Of a stretch of DNA of 64,000 nucleotides, positions 47,050 through 56,538 are shown one piece after another; position 1 is the stretch's first letter; every line of letters starts with the position of its first letter. The DNA comes from a virus (Duplodnaviria; Caudoviricetes). The stretch spans positions 33,691 through 97,690 of the IMG/VR virus record IMGVR_UViG_3300021399_000127. One strand, given 5' to 3'. A model generated the notes under the pieces. That model ran no database searches. It had not been told where the DNA came from and was given only the letters and a program-made list of their open reading frames with translations. Made by a program: the position numbers and the translations under genes.

Positions 47050-47430
47050 CTAACGGATTTCAGATATCGGTTCAAAGAAACCATGTATCTCATACCTTTT
47101 TCGAGCAGGTAGAGTATCTGGAGGTGTTCCCTTCCGAGCCTCACGAACGCTATCAAGTTTAATTGGAGCTGAAACATGATCAAACTTGTCGTAAGATGTT
47201 CGCTTACTCTTACGATATTTTGGTTTTACTTTAACAATTACACGCTCCCTCACAGTATCCTTTTTGATTACTGTGTCTGTGTCATGTATTGCTATTGGAT
47301 TTAGTACTGAAGCAAGAGAATTATTCTCACTTGCAGTTATGGTGTTTTGTTTTATAGGATTGGTTGTTCCAACAAAAGCACCATATGCGCATAATAATGC
47401 GCATGCTAACACTGTAGTGATATTCTTCAT
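47050..47430 (-). CDS. Hypothetical secreted/membrane protein
   Basis: MKNITTVLACALLCAYGAFVG signal-like start; ends at TAG. Confidence 0.65.
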   Translation of the reverse strand: MKNITTVLACALLCAYGAFVGTTNPIKQNTITASENNSLASVLNPIAIHDTDTVIKKDTVRERVIVKVKPKYRKSKRTSYDKFDHVSAPIKLDSVREARKGTPPDTLPARKRYEIHGFFEPISEIR

Positions 47431-47568
47431 AACTTTGATAGTTTTAATAGCCGTATAGCCACATCTCAAACTTTTTAAACGGCCAGAGGAAAAACTCTTT
47501 TAATCTGCTTAATGGCTCGCGATTTCCTTTAAACACACTTTTTGAGAGCCTTTTCTTCTTGAGAGTGG

Positions 47569-49095
47569 CTAGTCTTTTTTTGGATTTGTACCTATTGAAG
47601 CGTACTTACCCTCGAAAAGATAACGGTAGCAGAAAGGAATGTCCTTTACTACGATTGTACCGTCTTTAACCTTTTTGGTAACTTCTTCCGCCTTCACAGG
47701 ATCACCGATCGGTAGGATATTTGCCTCACAATACAGTGGGTTCTTGTTTCCAGGAGTACGGAACAAGTTAAGGATTATACCAGCACGCTGCATAAGGTTC
47801 TCGTTGAGACCCTCATAATACGCTGCTGTTGTAGCCTGCTTTGGATAGTAAGATCTCATGACCTTAGTGAAGGCCTTAGCACATGCAGACTTCTCATCCA
47901 ACTCCTCTGTCTCTTCGAACTCCTTGATTATATCAAATGATACATCGTGCAGATAGCCAAGAATCTTGTTTGCACGGTCTATCTCTGCCTGATAAGAATC
48001 CTTATCCTTGTTCTTCTTATCGCATTCAGCAAGCATCTTCTCGAAACGCTTAATATGATCCTCACATGCAAGCTCTACGAGTGCACGAGTAGCATCAGCT
48101 ATGGACTGATCATCCCAGCATGCTTTAATCTCTGCATCAGGATTCTTTGGATCAAACTTCTTCTCGAGAAGCTGGTCTCTCAGAATAACGAACGCAGACA
48201 ATGGAGACTTATCGTTCTCGATCAAGCGCATCATACCATTGCCAATACCTCTGAGGTGTACGATAGGACGAACAATGCTAAAGATATCGTTAAGTATGGC
48301 ATACATAGGACTTTCTACATAAGCCTGCTTCTTCTCAGGGTTGTCTTTATACTGCTCTGAACGATAAGTAATCATGAAGTCTACAGCCTCAACCAACACA
48401 TCCTTAATGGATTTCTGGTTGGTACGCAGACCTGTTATGAGTATTGCCTCAAGTGCGTCCTTAAGCGCCTGTTGATCAAGAGAAGCAACCTTTACAGGAT
48501 CCATCTCTATCTCTTTCTTGCCTGCTTTCTCTGCAATAGCCTTCTCTTCTTTGAGGTCAGTCTTTGTATTGTCATCAATCTTGATGTCCTCACTGTTTAA
48601 AACTACACTGCCGTTCTCTGCTGGAGGAAGGGCTTTAATTGGAGGAAGTTCGATATGAAGTGCGTTTGCAGCAATGAGAAGCTTCTCGTAAGCTTCACGC
48701 TTTATTGTGGAAGCAAATCTGCTGTTACCGTTAACTGCTTCATCTGCAACTGCAGTTACTACACCTATTGCAGCAATATCTGTCATTGCATCTACGAGAT
48801 TCACACCGAATTTGTTTGTGGCGTTAGGATTCTTTACGAATAGGTCTATAATCTGACCATTCAACTCTACTCTATGATTTGCATCAAGACCAGTAGAGTT
48901 ACTTGTCTTCATGATGTCACCTATGGTAACATCTTTTATTGACTTTCTTGTCGGCTCGTCAACTACTTCCGCCTCAATAACTTCGTTATCTTTAGCAGGT
49001 GGTGGTGTTGGAGTCTTTGGTGTTGCCTTTACAGCAGGTTTCTTATCTGTTGACTGCTTCTTTGCTTTTGCAGTCTGTGTTGTCTTTTTAGCCAT
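47569..49095 (-). CDS. Hypothetical protein (508 aa)
   Basis: Long ORF with K/P/T-rich N-terminus; ends A AAA AAA GAC TAG. Confidence 0.85.
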   Translation of the reverse strand: MAKKTTQTAKAKKQSTDKKPAVKATPKTPTPPPAKDNEVIEAEVVDEPTRKSIKDVTIGDIMKTSNSTGLDANHRVELNGQIIDLFVKNPNATNKFGVNLVDAMTDIAAIGVVTAVADEAVNGNSRFASTIKREAYEKLLIAANALHIELPPIKALPPAENGSVVLNSEDIKIDDNTKTDLKEEKAIAEKAGKKEIEMDPVKVASLDQQALKDALEAILITGLRTNQKSIKDVLVEAVDFMITYRSEQYKDNPEKKQAYVESPMYAILNDIFSIVRPIVHLRGIGNGMMRLIENDKSPLSAFVILRDQLLEKKFDPKNPDAEIKACWDDQSIADATRALVELACEDHIKRFEKMLAECDKKNKDKDSYQAEIDRANKILGYLHDVSFDIIKEFEETEELDEKSACAKAFTKVMRSYYPKQATTAAYYEGLNENLMQRAGIILNLFRTPGNKNPLYCEANILPIGDPVKAEEVTKKVKDGTIVVKDIPFCYRYLFEGKYASIGTNPKKD

Positions 49096-49159
49096 TTTTG
49101 ATAAATTGGTTTAAAGGGTTAATTACTTAAGTTAAACTTTTGGCAGTGTTTAATTTATT

Positions 49160-49549
49160 TCAACTAGTGTCGAAAGGATTAAACAATCCTATGTCTAACT
49201 CCGGATTAAAAGTTGGTAACTGTATGGTCACGGTAGGAGAAGTTATCATCTTCTCATAAGCATTCTCTAAAACTGTGTAGTTCGCCTTTAAATTGGCACG
49301 GGTTTCTTCTGCCACTGTACCAAAGTCTGGTATTGCGATTGCAACAGAAGACTGACACATCGGAGTTTGCTTAATGATAATAATCTTCTCCTTTTTGGCA
49401 CTATTACTAGCACAGTGCCCAACGTAACCACATGTAACTCCAAACAGGAAACTAATAAACAACTGCCAAAACAGTTTATTGCTCCTGTTATAACGTGCGA
49501 TCGCGAGTATTGTAAGACTTCCGATCAGCAGTAATGTAAGTGTTGACAT
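49160..49549 (-). CDS. Hypothetical membrane protein (two TM segments)
   Basis: Two N-terminal hydrophobic stretches; overlaps the end of the sigma factor gene. Confidence 0.7.
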   Translation of the reverse strand: MSTLTLLLIGSLTILAIARYNRSNKLFWQLFISFLFGVTCGYVGHCASNSAKKEKIIIIKQTPMCQSSVAIAIPDFGTVAEETRANLKANYTVLENAYEKMITSPTVTIQLPTFNPELDIGLFNPFDTS

Positions 49550-50102
49550 GTTTACGCTTTAAAAGGGTTCTTAGAATTTTACGCATTCTATGCAAATCTG
49601 ACTTTATAGTTCCCTTTGGCATATTCAACGCTTCATGTATCTGCTCTATTGTCATATTATCTACGTAGAACATTCTACAAACTTCTCTATACGAAGGAGG
49701 TAGTTTGTCAAACAGTTCTACAAGACTATCATACGTCATCTTATTGATGTACGTTGCCTCAGTATCTCCAACATAATCTTTAAGAGCACTTACGGATGTG
49801 TTCTCTGTTAGAGAATAACTGTCTTTGACAGTTCTGAGGTAGTCAATAGCAACATTCTTTGTTAGGATACGTAACCATCCTCCAAATGAAGAATAGTTCG
49901 TAAACTTCGAGAGTTTATCGTACACTTTAAGAAATACAATATTTGTAATGTCACGTGCTTCGTCTCTATCTTTCACATATGTGTACAATAGATTGTCGAC
50001 GAATGGTTTGTATCTCTTAAAGAGTTGATTGAAAGCTGATTCTGAACCAGCTTGCGCGCTTTTGATAAGAGCGATCTCCTCTTGGGTAATATCGTTCTTC
50101 AT
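49488..50102 (-). CDS. ECF-type sigma-70 factor
   Basis: Region 2 (AFNQLFKRY, ARDITNIVFLKVY, FGGWLRILTKNVAIDYLR) and region 4 (LPPSYREV, TIEQIHEALNMPKGTIKSDLHR). Confidence 0.92.
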   Translation of the reverse strand: MKNDITQEEIALIKSAQAGSESAFNQLFKRYKPFVDNLLYTYVKDRDEARDITNIVFLKVYDKLSKFTNYSSFGGWLRILTKNVAIDYLRTVKDSYSLTENTSVSALKDYVGDTEATYINKMTYDSLVELFDKLPPSYREVCRMFYVDNMTIEQIHEALNMPKGTIKSDLHRMRKILRTLLKRKHVNTYITADRKSYNTRDRTL

Positions 50103-50113
50103 CAAATCAAATA

Positions 50114-50422
50114 TTAAAAAGGTAAATCTCTAGACACACGTATAAACCACAGATCATTTACATTCTCTGTGAGATTACTGTGAAGTTTTTGTTTTTGTGC
50201 ATCAGATAAGGAAGTTATTTTATTCAACATACCTGTTGCTATCCTGAGTTTTACCTGGATTGTATAATAGCCTTCGTTGGCGAAAAGACCTACTACAATA
50301 TTGTTATTAATCCATTTTAACAGATCGACAACATCAAAGTTTGACATTATTTTTGCCCACATGTATTCACCCGAATTGTCAAATGGACTAATTATAGTGC
50401 CACATGTTTCTGCTATAATCAT
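50114..50422 (-). CDS. Hypothetical protein ending DLPF
   Basis: 102-aa ORF coupled to the upstream gene. Confidence 0.6.
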   Translation of the reverse strand: MIIAETCGTIISPFDNSGEYMWAKIMSNFDVVDLLKWINNNIVVGLFANEGYYTIQVKLRIATGMLNKITSLSDAQKQKLHSNLTENVNDLWFIRVSRDLPF

Positions 50423-50871
50423 ACTTTGAGTGTTTTTATTATGAATTCTGCTAATTTTGAATCAATTTTGTACCTTTTAGAGATTTCTTCTATTATTTCT
50501 TTTGTAGTTGCACCTCTGCTACGTAAATGAACACATGAATTTTGTATGTACAGGGTTTTTGTAGCAAAGAAATCATTCCAATCCGCAACAACTTTCCAAT
50601 AGTTAAAATCTTCTGTTCTGTCGTAGGTAAACAGCATTGTTAATCTTAAAACATCTTTAAACTTTGTTAATTTTGGATTTAACTTGTCTTTAAGTTGTTT
50701 TGAGATTAATTTAGCTTTTTCTTTTTTTGAGTGTACAGCACTCGTTCTATACGGACGTACTACGTTGTCATAGACGTATTCTATGAATCGATTACGACAC
50801 TTACACCAACGAATTGTCATATCCCACACTGGTGGAATACGATCAGAAATCATTTTCCTGTATCCGTTCAT
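50419..50871 (-). CDS. Hypothetical protein
   Basis: 150-aa ORF. Confidence 0.7.
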   Translation of the reverse strand: MNGYRKMISDRIPPVWDMTIRWCKCRNRFIEYVYDNVVRPYRTSAVHSKKEKAKLISKQLKDKLNPKLTKFKDVLRLTMLFTYDRTEDFNYWKVVADWNDFFATKTLYIQNSCVHLRSRGATTKEIIEEISKRYKIDSKLAEFIIKTLKV

Positions 50872-50929
50872 GTCTTTGCAGGTTTACACCCAAAGGGTGG
50901 GCACTTTCGCAGTTCCCGCGTGACTTAAA

Positions 50930-51260
50930 CCCCCGAAGGGGACCACTTACGCTACGTTAGTGTAGTCAACAATATTGTTAATATTGCCAGTTAATTGTTT
51001 TCGACCTAATAATGATGTACTCCACTGTGTAATCAAATCCAATTTACCCCCATTAAAAGCCCCCGAAGGGGCAAACGTATGCTTTACGAAAATAAGTACA
51101 TATGAAAATATAAATACACATTAACCAAAACTAAATTTATAGACACACTAATAGGTAATAAAATAGCATACGTTTTGGTGGAGGTAGAGCGATTCGAACG
51201 CTCGTCTTACACAGCTTTATAATCTAAAGGTCTTTAGGTCCTACATGCGCGGCCAAACGC
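50930..51260 (-). ncRNA. ssrA: Circularly permuted (two-piece) tmRNA; tag (A)GNINNIVDYTNVA*
   Basis: Acceptor piece ...CTGTGTAAGACGAGCGTTCGAATCGCTCTACCTCCACCA ends at 51176. Coding piece GGGGGTAAATTGGATTTGATTACACAG starts downstream at 51051. 7-bp acceptor with G3.U70; TTACACAG/CTGTGTAA helix; tag frame 50988-50947. Outer boundaries approximate. Confidence 0.85.
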
Positions 51261-51727
51261 ATATAGGCGAATTGATATTGTATTCAACAATCTATCAATA
51301 ATGTCTTCAGACGTCTCCTACAACAGTATTTATAAACTATTGTATACAAGATCAATCAGAGATTATATCGTGTTGAATAACGGCTTATAGCTCTTGTTAC
51401 GCACGTGATCGGTTCTTGAAAACATCATGAGGAAGCCACGGACCCAATTGTCAAACGTCAGACTTCCAGCCTCAAGGGTCGCATGATTCGAGTTTGATAT
51501 AAGCACATTTACACCTGTGTTGGTGGTTCCGCCAGTACTGGCTTATAGCTCTTGTACTTAGTGTTAATTCACTATTGTTGCATGCCCGACGGTACTATAG
51601 GTCTTTCATCCGAACTCAACCATGTCTAAGCATGCTCAATAACTGCATCAATGTGTCTGTATTGTTGGCTTGATGGATAACTAATATTCACCCTTTTTGA
51701 AATCAGCCATGAATGGCTCAACGGTGA

Positions 51728-52198
51728 TTACCAGTTGTAGCGGCGACGCTCATACTCCCACTCGAATGAGTAGTATGTTGGATAGTTGTCGCGGAGCTCC
51801 TTAATGTGCTCATTGTTCTCGCGTTCGATCTGGTCGAAGGTTTCGCCCTTCTTCTTGTCGACTTCCTTGAGCTTCTTCTTATACTCTGTAGGAGTCAACT
51901 TACCAGTCATGATGTCGTCAAGGAGCTTCTTAGACTCTGTAAGAGCATCCTTAGTCGCAGCTTCTTCTTTACGACGTTTGCGGAGTTCCAAGAGCTCACG
52001 TTTGTTGACGTAATCAGCCATCTGCATGATGTTCATCAACTCGTTGCGTTTCTTCTCGTCCTTCTCCTTCTGGATCTGCTCTTTCGCAGCCTTGACGTTC
52101 TCGTCTTCGAACTTGTTTTCGTCCTTGATCTGATCTACGATGTCCTTTGACTCTGCAGCTTCTGCTGCTGGCTTTGTCTCTTTCTTGTCTTTTGCCAT
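51728..52198 (-). CDS. Hypothetical coiled-coil protein
   Basis: 156-aa E/K-rich ORF. Confidence 0.85.
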   Translation of the reverse strand: MAKDKKETKPAAEAAESKDIVDQIKDENKFEDENVKAAKEQIQKEKDEKKRNELMNIMQMADYVNKRELLELRKRRKEEAATKDALTESKKLLDDIMTGKLTPTEYKKKLKEVDKKKGETFDQIERENNEHIKELRDNYPTYYSFEWEYERRRYNW

Positions 52199-52355
52199 AA
52201 TTCTTTGATAGATTTTAAATGGTTAATATTAAAAATGTTTAATTTTTATGTTGATGATATAATCATCATCTTCATAAATTTTTGTGTGCTTTTTAGGTTT
52301 TTGCACTACTAAACGAGCTCGGTGGGATGGTCCGTATTCGTTTTTAAATGTCTTC

Positions 52356-52808
52356 TTAGTCATGATCTAACCATGAATTGTAGAGTTGAGTTATAATACT
52401 TCTAGTGGTCTCTGTAAACCCATATTTCTTAGCGATCTTTGCGCTTACAGGTGACCCTTGTGCAATAAAGCTACAAGACGCCATAAATGCAGGATCTGCA
52501 CCATGGTCGGTGAGACCCTTTATTATGTCTACAGCGAGCTTATCTATACTAGAAATATCTCTACAATATTCAGCTAGATATATGACTGAAGAATCACCGT
52601 TTTCTGTATAGTTATTCCTAGATACAGTTACCGGTGATTTTACTGACTCTGCAAGAACTTGACAGAGTTTTGAGAATCCTATTGTCTCAACTTTAACGGT
52701 TGATTGATCCTCAATAAACGATGCCTGTTCTAGCATCGCTTTGATTTGCTTACGATTGGGAGTTGTTCCGTCGTAAAGGATTACAATAGCTTTTGTTTTT
52801 GTCTCCAT
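52356..52808 (-). CDS. Hypothetical protein
   Basis: 150-aa ORF, in frame with the upstream gene across TAG-AGC-ATG. Confidence 0.75.
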   Translation of the reverse strand: METKTKAIVILYDGTTPNRKQIKAMLEQASFIEDQSTVKVETIGFSKLCQVLAESVKSPVTVSRNNYTENGDSSVIYLAEYCRDISSIDKLAVDIIKGLTDHGADPAFMASCSFIAQGSPVSAKIAKKYGFTETTRSIITQLYNSWLDHD

Positions 52809-52811
52809 GCT

Positions 52812-53336
52812 CTAATCTCCGTTTATGTGTATGGTTAGACCTTTTGTAGGATGTGCTTTCGATGAATCCTTTTCTGCCGCTCGATGTTGTGTATTATCTA
52901 TAGGCGGTATAGATTGATCATCTGAACTTTGATGCGACCCTCGATATTCATCTATAGGATTCTTCTTTAGGGTACTGTCAGCTGAGTCATACACATCCTT
53001 ACTGGTTTCGTAGGTACTTATAAATGTGGTGTAATCAACATACCCAAAACTATTTATAGCCTTATCGGCTATTATTGCTACAGTTTTTGGTTCCATTGTG
53101 TTTATGATACTAATAGCTGATAACCGATTGGCATCATCTTTAGAATCCACAATGAACTGATCACTGTTTGTGTACTTTGGGAAAGCCACGTTTTCAGCAA
53201 TACCTACAATTTTAAGTGAATCTTTGTCACTAAGGGATGCTTTAAGCACACCTGTTGACGTTAGAGCTACTGTAGCTCCTACGCTCACTATTGCTGACAT
53301 TAATACCAGCAATAGGGCTGAAATTAAATTCTTCAT
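52812..53336 (-). CDS. Hypothetical membrane-anchored protein
   Basis: N-terminal hydrophobic helix; TAG stop. Confidence 0.75.
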   Translation of the reverse strand: MKNLISALLLVLMSAIVSVGATVALTSTGVLKASLSDKDSLKIVGIAENVAFPKYTNSDQFIVDSKDDANRLSAISIINTMEPKTVAIIADKAINSFGYVDYTTFISTYETSKDVYDSADSTLKKNPIDEYRGSHQSSDDQSIPPIDNTQHRAAEKDSSKAHPTKGLTIHINGD

Positions 53337-53480
53337 AACTTTTGATAAGTTTTAATTAAATGAATAAATTGGTTGTTGCCCTCTCCTCGTTTCACATCCA
53401 GGGGTTGAGGTTTCCTGGTAATACTCGAGTTCTACAACAGTACAGGGTGATGGACCTAAGCCCACCATCCTGTAGGGAAT

Positions 53481-53618
53481 TTAGTCAAACAGATCTTTCA
53501 ACACTTCCTCCATATCTTCAACGATATCGGCCGCATCCTCATCGCTGTCAAATGTGGTGTATTGTTGACACCTGATATAGATGTCATGTAATTGTTGTAT
53601 CTGTCCTTGAGAGATCAT
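53481..53618 (-). CDS. Small acidic hypothetical protein (45 aa)
   Basis: ATG overlaps the upstream TAA (TAATG). Confidence 0.45.
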   Translation of the reverse strand: MISQGQIQQLHDIYIRCQQYTTFDSDEDAADIVEDMEEVLKDLFD

Positions 53619-53923
53619 TACTTCACAACAATGTTTTTAGCAACAAATCCACTCTTGTCCTTTGAACCAATAGCAATCGCCTTGAGTTTAGCACCATGCT
53701 TCTTGACAAGTTTTTGTTTTTCGAAAGAAGCCTTGTTTGTTGCCACGAGTTCACCCTTGTAGATGACATAGTACTTCGTAACCTTCTTGCCCTTAGCGTT
53801 GGTTGACTCTGACTCAATCCAATTGGTGATATCGCCATTGTTTACAACAATTGTGTCTTTGGTTGCTGCTGACATTGAAAGTGCAGCACATGCAATTACT
53901 GCAGTAATAAAAAGCTTTTTCAT
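53618..53923 (-). CDS. Hypothetical secreted protein
   Basis: Signal peptide MKKLFITAVIACAALSMSA. Confidence 0.75.
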   Translation of the reverse strand: MKKLFITAVIACAALSMSAATKDTIVVNNGDITNWIESESTNAKGKKVTKYYVIYKGELVATNKASFEKQKLVKKHGAKLKAIAIGSKDKSGFVAKNIVVK

Positions 53924-53949
53924 AACTTTGATAGTTTAATTTTTGGTTG

Positions 53950-54411
53950 TTAAAGTGTTGTGACGCCAAATAACATCACGTGTAAGTTGTTGTCTTTGTC
54001 TACTGTACGCAATGAATTCTGAAAGCTGACATACACAATTCGATTGCGAAAATACAGTTTAAGATGCTTTATACCAAGTGTCTTAAACGCAATATACACA
54101 TCGTTGAATTTGTCAGCATCGAATTTAAGTTGCATCGGTGGTAGACTGCTTGTAAGGCTATCTATTATACTACTCGATACCGTTTTACGTAACATTTTGA
54201 GTCGTATGAGCTCACTTTTCCTAAAATAATGCTCACATTCTTCGTCATGAGTAATACCATTAACAATTTCTCGGGCGTAGACTGCACCCTTGTTCTTGGC
54301 GTTAACTACTACATAATAGGGTCCGATCGGCCTTTCGTACCCCCTTGGTTTGAGTCGTACAAGATCACCTTGTTTTGCTTTTAAGCTTCGTTTGTTGTTT
54401 AGTGCGCACAT
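53950..54411 (-). CDS. Hypothetical protein
   Basis: 153-aa ORF. Confidence 0.65.
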   Translation of the reverse strand: MCALNNKRSLKAKQGDLVRLKPRGYERPIGPYYVVVNAKNKGAVYAREIVNGITHDEECEHYFRKSELIRLKMLRKTVSSSIIDSLTSSLPPMQLKFDADKFNDVYIAFKTLGIKHLKLYFRNRIVYVSFQNSLRTVDKDNNLHVMLFGVTTL

Positions 54412-54429
54412 TTTTAATAATTTTGATAA

Positions 54430-54600
54430 TTATTTTGTTACTATGAAGCGCCCCTTCCAGTCTGTATAGACTTTCTGGAGCACTTCTTTTCTTCTCATAG
54501 CTGCATAATATGATAATTTTTCAAACAATAACATAGAACAGCCATTCTTCTTGAAATAGACTCGATATAACTCTTTGTCTTTCTTATTCCGTAGTTTCAT
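54430..54600 (-). CDS. Small basic hypothetical protein (56 aa)
   Basis: MKLRNKKDKELYRVYF... fills the intergenic gap. Confidence 0.5.
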   Translation of the reverse strand: MKLRNKKDKELYRVYFKKNGCSMLLFEKLSYYAAMRRKEVLQKVYTDWKGRFIVTK

Positions 54601-54799
54601 AGTGTTGTGTTTTCGTTGAAAAATACTTTATCGTATCATTAGCTGCATTAGTAGAATCTATACGATTGGTTAAGTCGTATAGATCTAACTTTATGTCTTC
54701 GATCTCCCTTTCTACTATGTTTATTCTTATTATGTTGCTAATGAGATAAACTGCAATAGAAATTAATGCTATCCACAGACTCCATTTTTCTTCTTTCAT
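54584..54799 (-). CDS. Small membrane protein
   Basis: 71 aa, one TM helix, ATGA coupling. Confidence 0.65.
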   Translation of the reverse strand: MKEEKWSLWIALISIAVYLISNIIRINIVEREIEDIKLDLYDLTNRIDSTNAANDTIKYFSTKTQHYETTE

Positions 54800-55317
54800 C
54801 GTTCTACTTGAATTTTTATTGGAACTTTTCCGTCTGATAAGTCATACATCAACAACGCATCTAGCAAATCATTCAGCTCTTGTTCATTGTCCAAATAAAC
54901 AATGCCTTTGTCCTGTTTGAGCTGAGATTCAATAGACATACAGTCACCATGCTTTACAAATCTGCCGAATAGACGTACTACTGCTTGAAATACGTTATTA
55001 TCATCTATATTTGTAATAGTGACTTTTATATTCTTCTTGTCAGTTTGCTTAGATGAACGTTTTCTGTACTGAACAGGCTTGTCTCGAACCTTTCCCTCTT
55101 CGACAACTTTTGCAGATTTAATATCATCTGGTATAACTCTTGTCAGGAATAATAACAGTTGTTCCAGATGCTTTGCGAGAGCTTTTGCTAGATCATATGC
55201 GGTTTCTTCTGTTACCGAGGCTAATGCGCTTTGCCATTCACCTATTACTTGAAAATCTTTTTCGTTGAGTGTCAAAGTTACTTCTTCGACATTAACCTTT
55301 TTGCTTACTAATTCCAT
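54796..55317 (-). CDS. Hypothetical protein
   Basis: Start placed at MELVSKK, just after the upstream stop. Confidence 0.7.
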   Translation of the reverse strand: MELVSKKVNVEEVTLTLNEKDFQVIGEWQSALASVTEETAYDLAKALAKHLEQLLLFLTRVIPDDIKSAKVVEEGKVRDKPVQYRKRSSKQTDKKNIKVTITNIDDNNVFQAVVRLFGRFVKHGDCMSIESQLKQDKGIVYLDNEQELNDLLDALLMYDLSDGKVPIKIQVER

Positions 55318-55319
55318 AC

Positions 55320-55535
55320 TCAATAGTTTTTGTAGACAACTGTAAATAAGCGTATAGCTAATGCTACGAGTATTGTGCACAGTGTAATCATTGTCGGATT
55401 AAAATACTCGCATGGGAGAACACATATTGGTATAAACCATAGGAATGCAGCTATAGATAGAACCACAATAAACGAGCATATAATGCCCGATTCTTCATTA
55501 AAGGCAAATGCCAATAATTTTTTAATCTTTTTCAT
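55320..55535 (-). CDS. Small membrane protein (two TM)
   Basis: 71-aa hydrophobic ORF with TATCAAA leader. Confidence 0.65.
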   Translation of the reverse strand: MKKIKKLLAFAFNEESGIICSFIVVLSIAAFLWFIPICVLPCEYFNPTMITLCTILVALAIRLFTVVYKNY

Positions 55536-55562
55536 AACTTTGATAGTTTTTTGTGATTTGTT

Positions 55563-55850
55563 TTATTCAAACAATTTGTTTATTTCTTTTGTTATGTTGT
55601 CACGATGTTCTGACTCGTCAGACAGTAAAGTATTGTATTCCAGTTCGATCGAGTGCATTTGTTCAATTGTGTCTGTAATATTCTTTTTTCCTTCAATAAA
55701 TTCTTTATTAAGTATTTTTAAATCTTTGTATTTTCTAATTAGTATTTTTACATACTCGCGATACCTTTTTAGATCACATATTGTCATCATTTGTGCACGA
55801 TCTAGTGTGTTTACACATGCTTTTACTTCTTTGTTTATTCTTTTACTCAT
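55563..55850 (-). CDS. Hypothetical protein
   Basis: 95-aa ORF. Confidence 0.65.
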   Translation of the reverse strand: MSKRINKEVKACVNTLDRAQMMTICDLKRYREYVKILIRKYKDLKILNKEFIEGKKNITDTIEQMHSIELEYNTLLSDESEHRDNITKEINKLFE

Positions 55851-55897
55851 TTTTCTTTTGCCGGTTTGATAATCTGTTGGCTCTTCAGGCTCTAATT

Positions 55898-56167
55898 TTA
55901 TTTAAACGTAAGCGTACATGAGTCGTATTCAATAGTTTCTGAAGTGTCTGTTTCATCCTTCTTTTCGTCCCATTCTTTTTCTTCTTTGTGCCACATTCTA
56001 AGAAGAAAAACCCATCCGATTACGCCTGCTAGAAGACCAGAATAAGAACATACCAATGAGATACTTGCAAACAGTTCATACTGTTCTGTAATTATGCCTG
56101 CTATTATACTTATTATTGCTAATATTACCAAAATAAGCGCTGTATATAATGAGATTTTCATACGCAT
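55898..56167 (-). CDS. Small membrane protein (two TM)
   Basis: 89 aa; two hydrophobic helices and an acidic tail. Confidence 0.65.
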   Translation of the reverse strand: MRMKISLYTALILVILAIISIIAGIITEQYELFASISLVCSYSGLLAGVIGWVFLLRMWHKEEKEWDEKKDETDTSETIEYDSCTLTFK

Positions 56168-56538
56168 TCCTCCTCTATCACGAGATCGTTGTCTAATTCA
56201 TCACTAGGGATAACATATTTACCATTTTTTGCATAGGTCTCTATTTCATCGTCCTCACCATCCTTTTTTTGTATTAGTACAACAATAGGATATTCATCTG
56301 AGTTACGATCGAAACACAAAATACGAACGTTGCGTCCGTCTCTTGTCACAACTTTTGCGCCTTGTTTTGCTTTTTCAATATCAAAAGGTATTGTTCTGAC
56401 AGTCGGTTTTTGCTGCTCGTTTGCCTCTTTAAGAGCATTTTCAACTCTAGTACTCAACTCATCAATAGTATGAGTCATTGTTTCTTTAAGGTCGTCTAAT
56501 TCTATTAACAAACCTTCTAATTTTTTCAAATCTTTCAT
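56158..56538 (-). CDS. Hypothetical phage protein
   Basis: PFDIEKAKQGAKVVTRDGRNVRILCFDR motif of a common Bacteroidota phage family. Confidence 0.75.
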   Translation of the reverse strand: MKDLKKLEGLLIELDDLKETMTHTIDELSTRVENALKEANEQQKPTVRTIPFDIEKAKQGAKVVTRDGRNVRILCFDRNSDEYPIVVLIQKKDGEDDEIETYAKNGKYVIPSDELDNDLVIEEECV

